Shown here: positions 9,522 through 17,775 of the stretch, piece after piece
How the letters are laid out: each line of letters opens with the position of its first letter
Numbering within the stretch: the first letter of the stretch is position 1
From: a virus
DNA: 23,407 nucleotides
Reading direction: 5' to 3' (one strand)
IMG/VR virus record: IMGVR_UViG_3300028549_002288
Notes under the pieces: generated by a model
Database searches by the model: none
The model's input: the letters and a program-made list of their open reading frames with translations, nothing else
Told to the model about the DNA's origin: nothing
Position numbers and translations under genes: made by a program

Positions 9522-10492
9522 TGATCGTCCTCCTTAATGATTGTTATCGGTAGCTTGACTGGTAAGAAATTGTCAGAAGTGTTTACAGTGTTGATAACCA
9601 AATATTCCCACGGTTTTTCATAGTGCGATATATAAGGCTTAATAGCCAACAGGTATGTTCTACCTTCTTCTAACAATGATACAAATTTTTGTATAATTTT
9701 AGTTTCATCGTTAGTACTGCCAGCATATACCTCGCTACCATCAAGAGTCAATCTTACTTCGAATTTAGTGGATAGGTAAATGTCCTCTATCATAAAATCC
9801 TCCGTATTATCATCTAGCACGACTATGTTCTCAGTCTTAGTAATAGGCTTAACATATCTACCACCTGCCGTGATAAACTCAAACGACGATGCGTCGCTAC
9901 TATCACCGGACGTGCTTTTGAAAATAGCCTTTACTTTATAAAGACGGTTTTTATCAAGAACAATCTTTGTAAGGTCGAAATACCCCATATTGTTCTTATC
10001 CTCGATAACAGAATGAATGACTTTATCGCCAGAATCTAAAAGAAAAAGAGATACGTCGTTCTTTTTTCCGTTACCGTTCACTTCAAAGCCACTTATGTTT
10101 ATTTTAAACTCGGTATGCGGATGGGTTGTTAACTCGTATGGCGAACTAATCGTCGGTCTAGCGACTAACGACGGGACCGGAATATTTATTACACTATTCT
10201 TCTCCATTATACTTTTTACGTCAATCACCTGGGCCGATTCAGTGGTCGGCATCTCTATTATGTTGCCGTTCGCATCTATACCTACGTTAAGTATAAATCT
10301 AACCTTGACAACATATTCTTTTTCTGGGTAATAGGGTATGTCGCTAAACACAAGCCTGCTGTTAGTGGACATGTCACCCGGGTCGCCGGACTTTTGCAAT
10401 ATCGTTGCAAAATTATCAATACCTAGTTTATACTCTACCCTCAGTACGGGGTATCGAGCTACTACTTTAGGTATATTAGAAAAAAATTTCAA
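9518..10492 (-). CDS. Beta-sandwich (Ig/FN3-like) putative virion protein; paralogue of 20173-22041
   Basis: 324 aa, TTG start with AAGGAG RBS; beta-strand-rich; shares a domain with the 622-aa protein. Confidence 0.55.
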   Translation of the reverse strand: MKFFSNIPKVVARYPVLRVEYKLGIDNFATILQKSGDPGDMSTNSRLVFSDIPYYPEKEYVVKVRFILNVGIDANGNIIEMPTTESAQVIDVKSIMEKNSVINIPVPSLVARPTISSPYELTTHPHTEFKINISGFEVNGNGKKNDVSLFLLDSGDKVIHSVIEDKNNMGYFDLTKIVLDKNRLYKVKAIFKSTSGDSSDASSFEFITAGGRYVKPITKTENIVVLDDNTEDFMIEDIYLSTKFEVRLTLDGSEVYAGSTNDETKIIQKFVSLLEEGRTYLLAIKPYISHYEKPWEYLVINTVNTSDNFLPVKLPITIIKEDDQ

Positions 10493-10564
10493 CTTACACT
10501 CCTTATTTTTATATCAATTAATAAGGTACCTAATTGCATTTGCATAAACGTGAAAAAGTAAGCG

Positions 10565-10604
10565 GTAAATAATCACGAGGGAATATTCCCTCGTGATTAT
10601 TTAC
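10565..10604. terminator. 40-bp perfect palindrome overlapping the stop codon of 10597-11295; probable terminator
   Basis: GTAAATAATCACGAGGGAAT|ATTCCCTCGTGATTATTTAC. Confidence 0.7.
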
Positions 10605-11295
10605 ATTTTTCACTATCAACCATACCTAAGAACTTTTGTTTTAGCTTTTCAGCCTCCGCAGCGTCCTCGAAGCCGGGAAATTTCTTGGGTGACGAAAATG
10701 GAAGACCTTTTTTTTTATTTTCTTTGCTTGCCGATGTCGTGATCATTTCGGCCAATTTCGTGTACGCCGCTAACACGTGATTATGTGCTTCCGCTGATGC
10801 GTAAATTCTGCTGATTAATAATTCTTTTTCGGTTAATGTTTCTACTTTAACAACATCCGCATTTGCGATTATCGCGGTGAGTACCTGCAACTGTTCGTTA
10901 TTTTTTGACTTCTTATCGAAAACAAACAACTCGACCAACTCGACCAACTCGACTTTTTCGGTGATATTCATTTCGTCGTTTGTTCTCACGGCGCATCCGG
11001 AATATTTCTTTAATAGAATTGATTCTGCTATGAAGCGTAAGAAGCATTCACACGGCGATTCTAAGTCTATGGAGTCGACGAAAACGCCGTTAATAAAAGA
11101 TACTTTCAACATAACTTGCTTATGAGGATATTGTTCGAAATTCATCGTCACTGCTTCTTTATCGTCTTTAAGTAAGGTTATATACCCAATCTCGCTATGG
11201 TTAACAGTGATGCCGACTATTTGCTGGTTCTTTCCGATATGAATTAAAAAATCATTACTTCCGAGCTCAAGACCATATTTTACTACATTTGTCAT
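10597..11295 (-). CDS. Hypothetical protein
   Basis: 232-aa ORF with AAAGGA RBS, flanked by a promoter-like motif and a palindrome. Confidence 0.75.
   Translation of the reverse strand: MTNVVKYGLELGSNDFLIHIGKNQQIVGITVNHSEIGYITLLKDDKEAVTMNFEQYPHKQVMLKVSFINGVFVDSIDLESPCECFLRFIAESILLKKYSGCAVRTNDEMNITEKVELVELVELFVFDKKSKNNEQLQVLTAIIANADVVKVETLTEKELLISRIYASAEAHNHVLAAYTKLAEMITTSASKENKKKGLPFSSPKKFPGFEDAAEAEKLKQKFLGMVDSEKCK
10927..10953. repeat. 9-bp tandem repeat (CAACTCGAC)x3 encoding VELVELVEL
   Basis: Three exact copies read directly. Confidence 0.9.
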
Positions 11296-11332
11296 TATTA
11301 TCCTTTATTATATGTCATATAACAAGCGTATG

Positions 11333-11373
11333 AAAAAAAAGATAATAATGACAAACCAACCGGTTTGTCATTA
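11333..11373 (-). terminator. Intrinsic terminator after the 288-aa gene
   Basis: 12-bp stem TAATGACAAACC/GGTTTGTCATTA (11346-11373), then T8 on the minus strand. Confidence 0.85.
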
Positions 11374-11376
11374 CTG

Positions 11377-12243
11377 CTAGTAGACCGCAGGTGTTTCGTT
11401 TACTGGAAGAATTGTCCCGGTAAGGTTGAAAACAACGCCGTTCGTAATCGTTTCACCCGGAGCAAGCGTGAAATTCAATTTGAAAGGATCAGCATTATCC
11501 ACTTGCGCAAGCGCTGTGTATAGTGTCCCGTCATTTGAAATAATCCAGCAATCTCCAGTATCTAGAACAACACCGTCGTAGAGGTCTCGCGATGGCGAAC
11601 CTACCTCATACAACAATACAGATGGTGTGTTCGTAGGGGTCGCGCTAACGATTTGTTTTGTAACAGCAACGTTATGGTCGATAACTATATTGATGATGTT
11701 CCTGATATAGTTGAACGCATCGACTTTGGTATCGTTTATGGTTTCAAAATCGTCGAGGCGTTGAGCTAACGGTCCAATTTCATTTTCCACCATCAGATTG
11801 TATTTTTGATCGGCATAAACCCGTGAAGCATTCGCCATTGCATCAATTTCACCTTTATTTTCATCAATGAAATTTTTCATTTCCAAGAACGTATCGGCAT
11901 CTATTGCAGCACCTTCGGTCAAAACATTAATTGCCGCGTCGGCGATCTCTTTTGCAATGGTATGAACAGAACCTACGGCTCCCGGGGCTGGGTTTATGAG
12001 TGTAGAAATATGTCCCATATATTCCGATTTTAATTCGGCTTTCATCGAACCTAGCGTGCTAGTTAAAGGACCGGCTGGTAGTTGATCTGTTAGGATGTCG
12101 AATTTTGCCAATAGCGAATTTGACGCGTTGTTAACGCCGTTGATGCTCGAATTAAGTGCAACGATACTGTTTTGTACTGCTGGGAATGCGCTGAGGTCGA
12201 GTTTAATTCGTGATGCGGGTGTGTATTCTCCAAAATGTCTCAT
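11377..12243 (-). CDS. Hypothetical protein, possibly virion-associated (helical N-terminus, beta-rich C-terminus)
   Basis: 288 aa, AAGGAG RBS, own terminator. Confidence 0.7.
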   Translation of the reverse strand: MRHFGEYTPASRIKLDLSAFPAVQNSIVALNSSINGVNNASNSLLAKFDILTDQLPAGPLTSTLGSMKAELKSEYMGHISTLINPAPGAVGSVHTIAKEIADAAINVLTEGAAIDADTFLEMKNFIDENKGEIDAMANASRVYADQKYNLMVENEIGPLAQRLDDFETINDTKVDAFNYIRNIINIVIDHNVAVTKQIVSATPTNTPSVLLYEVGSPSRDLYDGVVLDTGDCWIISNDGTLYTALAQVDNADPFKLNFTLAPGETITNGVVFNLTGTILPVNETPAVY

Positions 12244-12277
12244 TTTTTGGACTCCTTCGGTTTAAAAATAATCGGTG

Positions 12278-12307
12278 CTATTAACACCTTCAGTTAATAG
12301 TTTTTTT
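12278..12307. other. Short hairpin CTATTAAC/GTTAATAG followed by a plus-strand T-run
   Basis: 8-bp inverted repeat with 7-nt loop. Confidence 0.45.
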
Positions 12308-13010
12308 AAAAAACGCTGACGAACCTACCGTTGAACCCCTCTGTGTCTATTTCGAAAGTGTTTTCTAATCCTTCGACCTTATAATAACCGACTACTCTTA
12401 ATATCTCGCCGTCGACAGCATCGGCCCAGATAAGACATACGTTAACCTTATTCCCGCTCATGACAAACGACGGCGTAAATCTGTCATTTTCTATTACATA
12501 TCTCTCCCCTAAGATCAACGGGGTTTCGTCGGGAACAGTTGTCTTCTCACTACCCATTTCCCTTATCTCGCACTTGAAGCCAGTTTCTGTATGTAATATT
12601 CTATAAATATAAGTGGAACTAGGAGAAAGTCGTCCAGGAACTATAGAAGATTTGTAATACAAAACAGGAATTTCTTTCAGTCCCTCTAATCTAAATTCAG
12701 TTATGTGTGTAGCATTTTGCTCATCTGGAATGAATATACCAAATTTATTCCTTGCGTAACTATTGATATCGTTCAACGGGCCTCTATCGATAATCATAAC
12801 ACTCCCTTCCAAACGCATTTCGTCAATGACGGAACGCGACGTGGCATCTAACACTTTCGATACCTGATTATCATCCTCGTCCGAAATATTGAACCATCTC
12901 GATACGAGGTTTTTTAACTCGCTCATCAGGGGGTTTATATCCAAGGCCGACCATATAGAGCTTGAGCTGTTAGTATTATCCTGTTTACTGCTAAACTTTT
13001 TTACGCTCAT
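12306..13010 (-). CDS. Hypothetical protein
   Basis: 234-aa ORF with AAAAGGA RBS. Confidence 0.75.
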   Translation of the reverse strand: MSVKKFSSKQDNTNSSSSIWSALDINPLMSELKNLVSRWFNISDEDDNQVSKVLDATSRSVIDEMRLEGSVMIIDRGPLNDINSYARNKFGIFIPDEQNATHITEFRLEGLKEIPVLYYKSSIVPGRLSPSSTYIYRILHTETGFKCEIREMGSEKTTVPDETPLILGERYVIENDRFTPSFVMSGNKVNVCLIWADAVDGEILRVVGYYKVEGLENTFEIDTEGFNGRFVSVF

Positions 13011-13078
13011 GTTTATCCTTTTATTTTATTATCAAGTAAAAAGGCTTATGAACTATATTAGACGTATAACCGCACGAC

Positions 13079-13233
13079 GGCTACCCCGTAGCCTTACGTA
13101 CCTGCTGTTCCGTAGGAACAGAGAAGTAAGCATAGAGGGAGGCCGTAGCCTCCCTCTATGCTTATATATAATATATATAGTAATAATATATTATAATTAA
13201 CCCCTTAGCCTAAACCCCCTCCCGGGAACCCGG
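13079..13233. other. Structured intergenic element: hairpin cluster plus AT-rich tract (candidate origin or structured RNA)
   Basis: Hairpins at 13079-13093, 13105-13121, 13127-13164 (17-bp stem) and 13222-13233; 13162-13200 is 38/39 A+T. Confidence 0.5.
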
Positions 13234-13292
13234 TCGGTATATTTTATCTCTTCATATAATAGGTTTTTTAAAATAAAAAAAATACTTATTTA

Positions 13293-13324
13293 TACGGACA
13301 TCTCGTTTAAACGAGATGTCCGTA
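13293..13324. terminator. 32-bp perfect palindrome centred on the stop codon of 13307-13678; probable terminator
   Basis: TACGGACATCTCGTTT|AAACGAGATGTCCGTA; T-rich tract follows on the minus strand. Confidence 0.7.
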
Positions 13325-13678
13325 CTTTAACTTCATGTAGATATGAAGTACCGCGAGGTTATAAACGACCTCGTCCTCCTCGCATTGGTACAATAAACAT
13401 TTGTCTATTTCGTCCAAGGTCTCCCCTCCTTTTTCGTAAGGGTTCAACGAATGACCGTCTTGTATCGCCAACGAAAATTCCTTATCGTCATTGTACATAT
13501 CATTGTAAAATTTGATAAGTTTATAATTATAGAGATAATCTCTATAATTACGAATCTTTGACTCTTGTTTTATAAACTCGGAAATTAGTTCCGAGTTTAC
13601 TCCTCCATTCTCATTTACTACGTCTCTGTCATGCGACGGGACGAAGTTTTCTTTCCCTGCTATCAAAATTTGTAACAT
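13307..13678 (-). CDS. Hypothetical protein
   Basis: 123-aa ORF with GAGGA RBS. Confidence 0.7.
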   Translation of the reverse strand: MLQILIAGKENFVPSHDRDVVNENGGVNSELISEFIKQESKIRNYRDYLYNYKLIKFYNDMYNDDKEFSLAIQDGHSLNPYEKGGETLDEIDKCLLYQCEEDEVVYNLAVLHIYMKLKYGHLV

Positions 13679-13712
13679 TTTTTCCTCTTTGATTTATTAT
13701 ATGCGAATAGAG

Positions 13713-15626
13713 TTATTTTAAAAGCATATCTTCCGTAGGATGCGGATCCTTCCAGTTATTATAACTGAACGAACTCGCAAGGAAAGAGTTTAGCTGTCCT
13801 AGCACCATACTTACGTATATGTTGCTCATATGCAATTTCCTCTTGTAGTTGCCTATAACTCCGCCTTCTTCGTTTGTTAAAATAGGCTTTTCGTGGTCAA
13901 CTACATATAGCGATTTCACAAGAGTACTGACTATCGAAAAAGGTATATACATCTTCTGCGATAGAAACGCATGTAATTCCCTAGTCAAGTCATCTTTCGA
14001 CATATTCGTCGACGCTGCCGATATCAACATGGCGCTCAATTCGTCGGGCACCGTCTCGTATGTCATTCCTAAATTAGGGAATATCAAAACAGGTATCTTG
14101 ATATTATTTGTCAAGATATTATTGAGATATATCTTATACGTCGTGGAGTTGGCCGTTATTATGTTTCCGTATTTAGCCATCATACGTAACATGTATACCG
14201 AGAAGTGGAGGTTTTTAGTCTTTGACGTGGCTAGAGACAGTTTAATTTTCTCTGTCTTTCCTGTGTTCATGTGAGTGGACACAAGCATAATTGTCGAAAT
14301 ATTACTATAGGTACTTTCGTCCCTATTGTTATAATTCTCAAACAGCTTCATGTCTTTTATCCTAACATGAAGATGGTAATTATATTCGTCCAGATTGAAA
14401 ATTTCTGGACGAAAGAACAGCGTGCCATTGGCTATATAAAAGACATAATTAGCTGTTTCGTCCAGAATGTGCTTTTCGAGCTTACTACTACCAACAAAAT
14501 GTTTCGTCTTCAAAATAAATTGCGTCACGTACTTCACAAAATACTGTGCGCAATACACGCCAATATTACTGTCTTCCGGTACGTTATCTGACAACTCGCC
14601 AAAACACGTAGAGCATATATGTCTCGGGTTTGGCGATTTGCACGACGCGGGTAATCTAAATTTAAGCACCTTACCACCATGACCACGCCACTGATCACTT
14701 TCAAACAACTCAAGCTGTTGGTTTTTGAATAAAAACCAGTTGCCTTGAAGAGAATCTATGTTTCCGCTGACTGTATCGGAATTATCTACAAGCTTTATCT
14801 CTACGTAGCTCTGACTCCCGCAGTCGCCTGGGATGATTTTATTCATAAACATCATCAATAGCTTCATCCTTTTTCCGAAATCTTCGGATTTGGCTATCGC
14901 ACCGTTTTTTGTCATTTGCGCCTTAATGTTCGTATACGCATCGGCGACAATTGTATGCAAATCCATCGCGCCGAGTACATAACTAGTAGCAATAGGCTTG
15001 CTTAAGACTATATTGCTTAAGTTCTGTCTATATCCTAACGGACCAACTGATTGCTGAAATTGTTCCCTATTGATCGAATTTGATCTATAGGCGATGCCCA
15101 GTGGTGTATCGGCATATCTAGTCAGCATTAACTTATCGACAGTTCGTCTGCTTGTCTCGACAGCTTCCGGGGAATGGTCTGTATATATAGCCTCTATGGA
15201 AGCTGTAATGTCCTTATCTTTTTGGATCATGACGGCATCCACAATATCTACAGATAATCCATATTCTTCAATATAGAACGAGTTATTGTAGAGAGCTGAT
15301 TTAGCCTCCATCAAAGCCTCAAAGAAATCAGCTTCCTGAAGACGGTATTCTATATTACGAAAATAATATCTGACGATGCGAAACATCGCTTCATTTATTG
15401 CGTTTTCGTCTAGGAAGTCGCCTTTGAGATGACTGTCTATTAAATACTCTTTTTTTGGAGCTATATTAAGTCTATAACACAGTTCCCAAATCGGAGCATT
15501 TATAGATATGCTTTTTCTATGTAGGACCACGTCCTCATTTTCTATTCTCACCGAATGATACCCGGTGAGAGAATCTTTTATTTTTTCAAAATCTATTCTC
15601 CATAGAACGAGAGGGTCAAATACCAT
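13713..15626 (-). CDS. rpoC: Non-virion RNA polymerase beta' subunit, C-terminal part (phiKZ gp74-like)
   Basis: 637 aa; bridge-helix-like IAKSEDFGKRMKL, DCG, Zn-site CKSPNPRHICSTCFG, trigger-loop-like TQFILKTKH; no DxDGD, as expected for the C-terminal fragment. Confidence 0.88.
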   Translation of the reverse strand: MVFDPLVLWRIDFEKIKDSLTGYHSVRIENEDVVLHRKSISINAPIWELCYRLNIAPKKEYLIDSHLKGDFLDENAINEAMFRIVRYYFRNIEYRLQEADFFEALMEAKSALYNNSFYIEEYGLSVDIVDAVMIQKDKDITASIEAIYTDHSPEAVETSRRTVDKLMLTRYADTPLGIAYRSNSINREQFQQSVGPLGYRQNLSNIVLSKPIATSYVLGAMDLHTIVADAYTNIKAQMTKNGAIAKSEDFGKRMKLLMMFMNKIIPGDCGSQSYVEIKLVDNSDTVSGNIDSLQGNWFLFKNQQLELFESDQWRGHGGKVLKFRLPASCKSPNPRHICSTCFGELSDNVPEDSNIGVYCAQYFVKYVTQFILKTKHFVGSSKLEKHILDETANYVFYIANGTLFFRPEIFNLDEYNYHLHVRIKDMKLFENYNNRDESTYSNISTIMLVSTHMNTGKTEKIKLSLATSKTKNLHFSVYMLRMMAKYGNIITANSTTYKIYLNNILTNNIKIPVLIFPNLGMTYETVPDELSAMLISAASTNMSKDDLTRELHAFLSQKMYIPFSIVSTLVKSLYVVDHEKPILTNEEGGVIGNYKRKLHMSNIYVSMVLGQLNSFLASSFSYNNWKDPHPTEDMLLK

Positions 15627-17676
15627 TGCTTTCTCCTTGCTGGTCTCTTACTACCTCAACACCATATAGCTGTAGTATTATATTAAGTCTATCGACAGAC
15701 AAATCGTGCAACTTTGTCTTTTGTCTATCAACAAGCTTTTCGTGTACATCTTCCGGCTTATCTAGCATAGTATAATACATTATATTATAATAATCTGGCG
15801 ACGACATTCTTGTTATGACTTCTCTTATATCCATAGGCTCAGTTTCCTTTGCCCAACTATAGAGAAGTATCGTCTCCTGTTCGGATAAAATTCTAGGAGC
15901 CGCCCTCGAGAAGCTGTCGCTATATTTCGTGGCCTTCACATTCGGTGCCGGTTTTCCTTTTGGTTTCCAGTAACAAGCCGCGCCACCCATGCATTCGTCT
16001 GGGGATTTGGCCAAAAGCGAAAAGTATACAGGAAATACAGAAACGTTGAATTTAGACATTTTCTTCTTCCCTTTTACTGTCATTTCGATTGGCTCTTTTT
16101 TAAGAGCAAGCTCGCTTTCTTCAATCCTAAGTACCTTTTCCGCATTTATGTCGTTCACGTCGAACTCCAAAAGTGTGGAAAATTCCATACGTTCCGCAGC
16201 AGCGACTAATATTGTTTTTGCCGCATGGTTGTTTTCGATAGCGTCTAGCCTCGCTATTGACTTTTTTACTCCGAGTAGCTCTATATGCCTGTATATTATA
16301 TCAAAAGCCTCATCTACAGCCCTACGGCCGTTTCCGTACATGTTAATATGATCTCTCACTCTTTCATTACATGTTTCGATAAACCTTTGGAAATATGCAT
16401 CATACATAACACCGTAGTTTTGACGCGAAGTAACCGCACCGTGGTAGATGATTATATCCACGCCTTTTGGCATTTCGTCATCCGGCGCTACTCTTACTAT
16501 AATCCCCTTTCCCCCATATCTGTTAGATTCTTTCGCTCCTATGTACGGAGTCGTTCTGAATTTAACCGTTACTTCCGCAAAATAATGCGGAAGTTTTTCA
16601 TCACGCATTAATAGCGTCCGGCCGTCTTTGGGCCCTTTAATACGAATCATAGCGTCTAACGCTATTTTCCGAAACTCAGCTGATAAAAGGTCGCTTTTAC
16701 CTTCGCGTACATACTTGTCGTGTACGTCTAGAATACTTTTAAGATAGTTCTCCTCGAGTTCAGCATAGTATTCTATCTGTTCGTGAATATCAAGATATCC
16801 GACATTTTTATTAGTCTTCTTCGTTTGACTAATCGCCATAATGTCAATAACCTCACTATAATCCGCCAACATACCAATAATTTGTGCGGATGTATTCTCG
16901 CAAAACTCATTTGTTTCCAAAGAACTTTGCAAATATTCTACAAGTTTATAATCTTCCCTGGGCGTCTTTACTGAGAAGATAACTTGATCCTTACGAAGAG
17001 AATCTCCTATGTCGGGCAGTGGCTTGCCGTCGTTGATTGGCAATACTATATCCTTAACGTTTGCTTTAAGAACAAACTTTCTGATATAGTCAAACTGTTG
17101 TTTTTTAACAGCAGATTCGGAAACGACAATGCCGTCTTCGTTATTGTCGTTTGTATTCATAAACGCAGCTTTTAACAACACGCCGTCTCTATATCCTTTT
17201 CCGTCAGGATCTGATGGAATTCTTGTGAGAGCATCTCCTTCTCTATATACATCTCCGGGCCTGATATTAATTCTTTCGTGTTCAACACCGTACTTACCGT
17301 TGGTAGACGTGTACGGGATTATTTCCCTACCGCTAATCATTCCATTTGCATGGAAAGTAATGAATGTTTTCATTACTTTCTTTTTGTGTTTTTTAATCAC
17401 GACGTCGAGGACTATCATATCCTCATCGGCCGTATGATTAACCATGTTCTTAGCCAAAGGAATTTCCAATCCAGTGAATATGTATGGAAAGTCCGGATTA
17501 CATAAAATGGCGTTTGCTCCGGCAGTTGATCTTATACCCATGTTAATACGAGCCGGAGATGTGTTCGGCCAGCCGGGCACATACCATTTGAATCCAACGA
17601 ATTCTTTCGTTATTTCGATTGCTTCAGGGTCTCTTTTTATAATTAACCCCTGAACAACATTGCTGGTTTTTATCAT
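15616..17676 (-). CDS. rpoB: Non-virion RNA polymerase beta subunit, C-terminal part (phiKZ gp71-73-like); start revised to 17676 (686 aa)
   Basis: NNEDGIVVSES, GAKESNRYGGKGII (both conserved lysines), DDEMP, VDII, SRQNYG, PRILSEQE; AAAAGGA RBS before MIKTS. Confidence 0.9.
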   Translation of the reverse strand: MIKTSNVVQGLIIKRDPEAIEITKEFVGFKWYVPGWPNTSPARINMGIRSTAGANAILCNPDFPYIFTGLEIPLAKNMVNHTADEDMIVLDVVIKKHKKKVMKTFITFHANGMISGREIIPYTSTNGKYGVEHERINIRPGDVYREGDALTRIPSDPDGKGYRDGVLLKAAFMNTNDNNEDGIVVSESAVKKQQFDYIRKFVLKANVKDIVLPINDGKPLPDIGDSLRKDQVIFSVKTPREDYKLVEYLQSSLETNEFCENTSAQIIGMLADYSEVIDIMAISQTKKTNKNVGYLDIHEQIEYYAELEENYLKSILDVHDKYVREGKSDLLSAEFRKIALDAMIRIKGPKDGRTLLMRDEKLPHYFAEVTVKFRTTPYIGAKESNRYGGKGIIVRVAPDDEMPKGVDIIIYHGAVTSRQNYGVMYDAYFQRFIETCNERVRDHINMYGNGRRAVDEAFDIIYRHIELLGVKKSIARLDAIENNHAAKTILVAAAERMEFSTLLEFDVNDINAEKVLRIEESELALKKEPIEMTVKGKKKMSKFNVSVFPVYFSLLAKSPDECMGGAACYWKPKGKPAPNVKATKYSDSFSRAAPRILSEQETILLYSWAKETEPMDIREVITRMSSPDYYNIMYYTMLDKPEDVHEKLVDRQKTKLHDLSVDRLNIILQLYGVEVVRDQQGESNGI

Positions 17677-17702
17677 GTCTATCCTTTTAAAATTATTCAC
17701 TA

Positions 17703-17716
17703 GTATAATATATGAA
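17703..17716 (-). promoter_or_regulatory. Putative early-type phage promoter TTCATATATTATAC
   Basis: Identical to 1223-1236; about 27 nt upstream of the nvRNAP beta start. Confidence 0.6.
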
Positions 17717-17775
17717 TAAATTTTATTACAAACTATAAACATAACTTTTAAATGAAATAAAAAAAAGGACGACTG

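Noticed and set aside
13079-13164. Possible tRNA or mini-CRISPR in the hairpin cluster
   Set aside because: No cloverleaf, T-loop or CCA; the repeated unit is only 6 nt with no regular spacers
12889-13200. 103-aa plus-strand ORF crossing the structured intergenic region
   Set aside because: TTG start inside another gene, low-complexity translation of the AT tract, no RBS
17677-17742. 22-aa N-terminal extension of the RNAP beta ORF
   Set aside because: No RBS; it overlaps the promoter motif; a good RBS precedes the ATG at 17676
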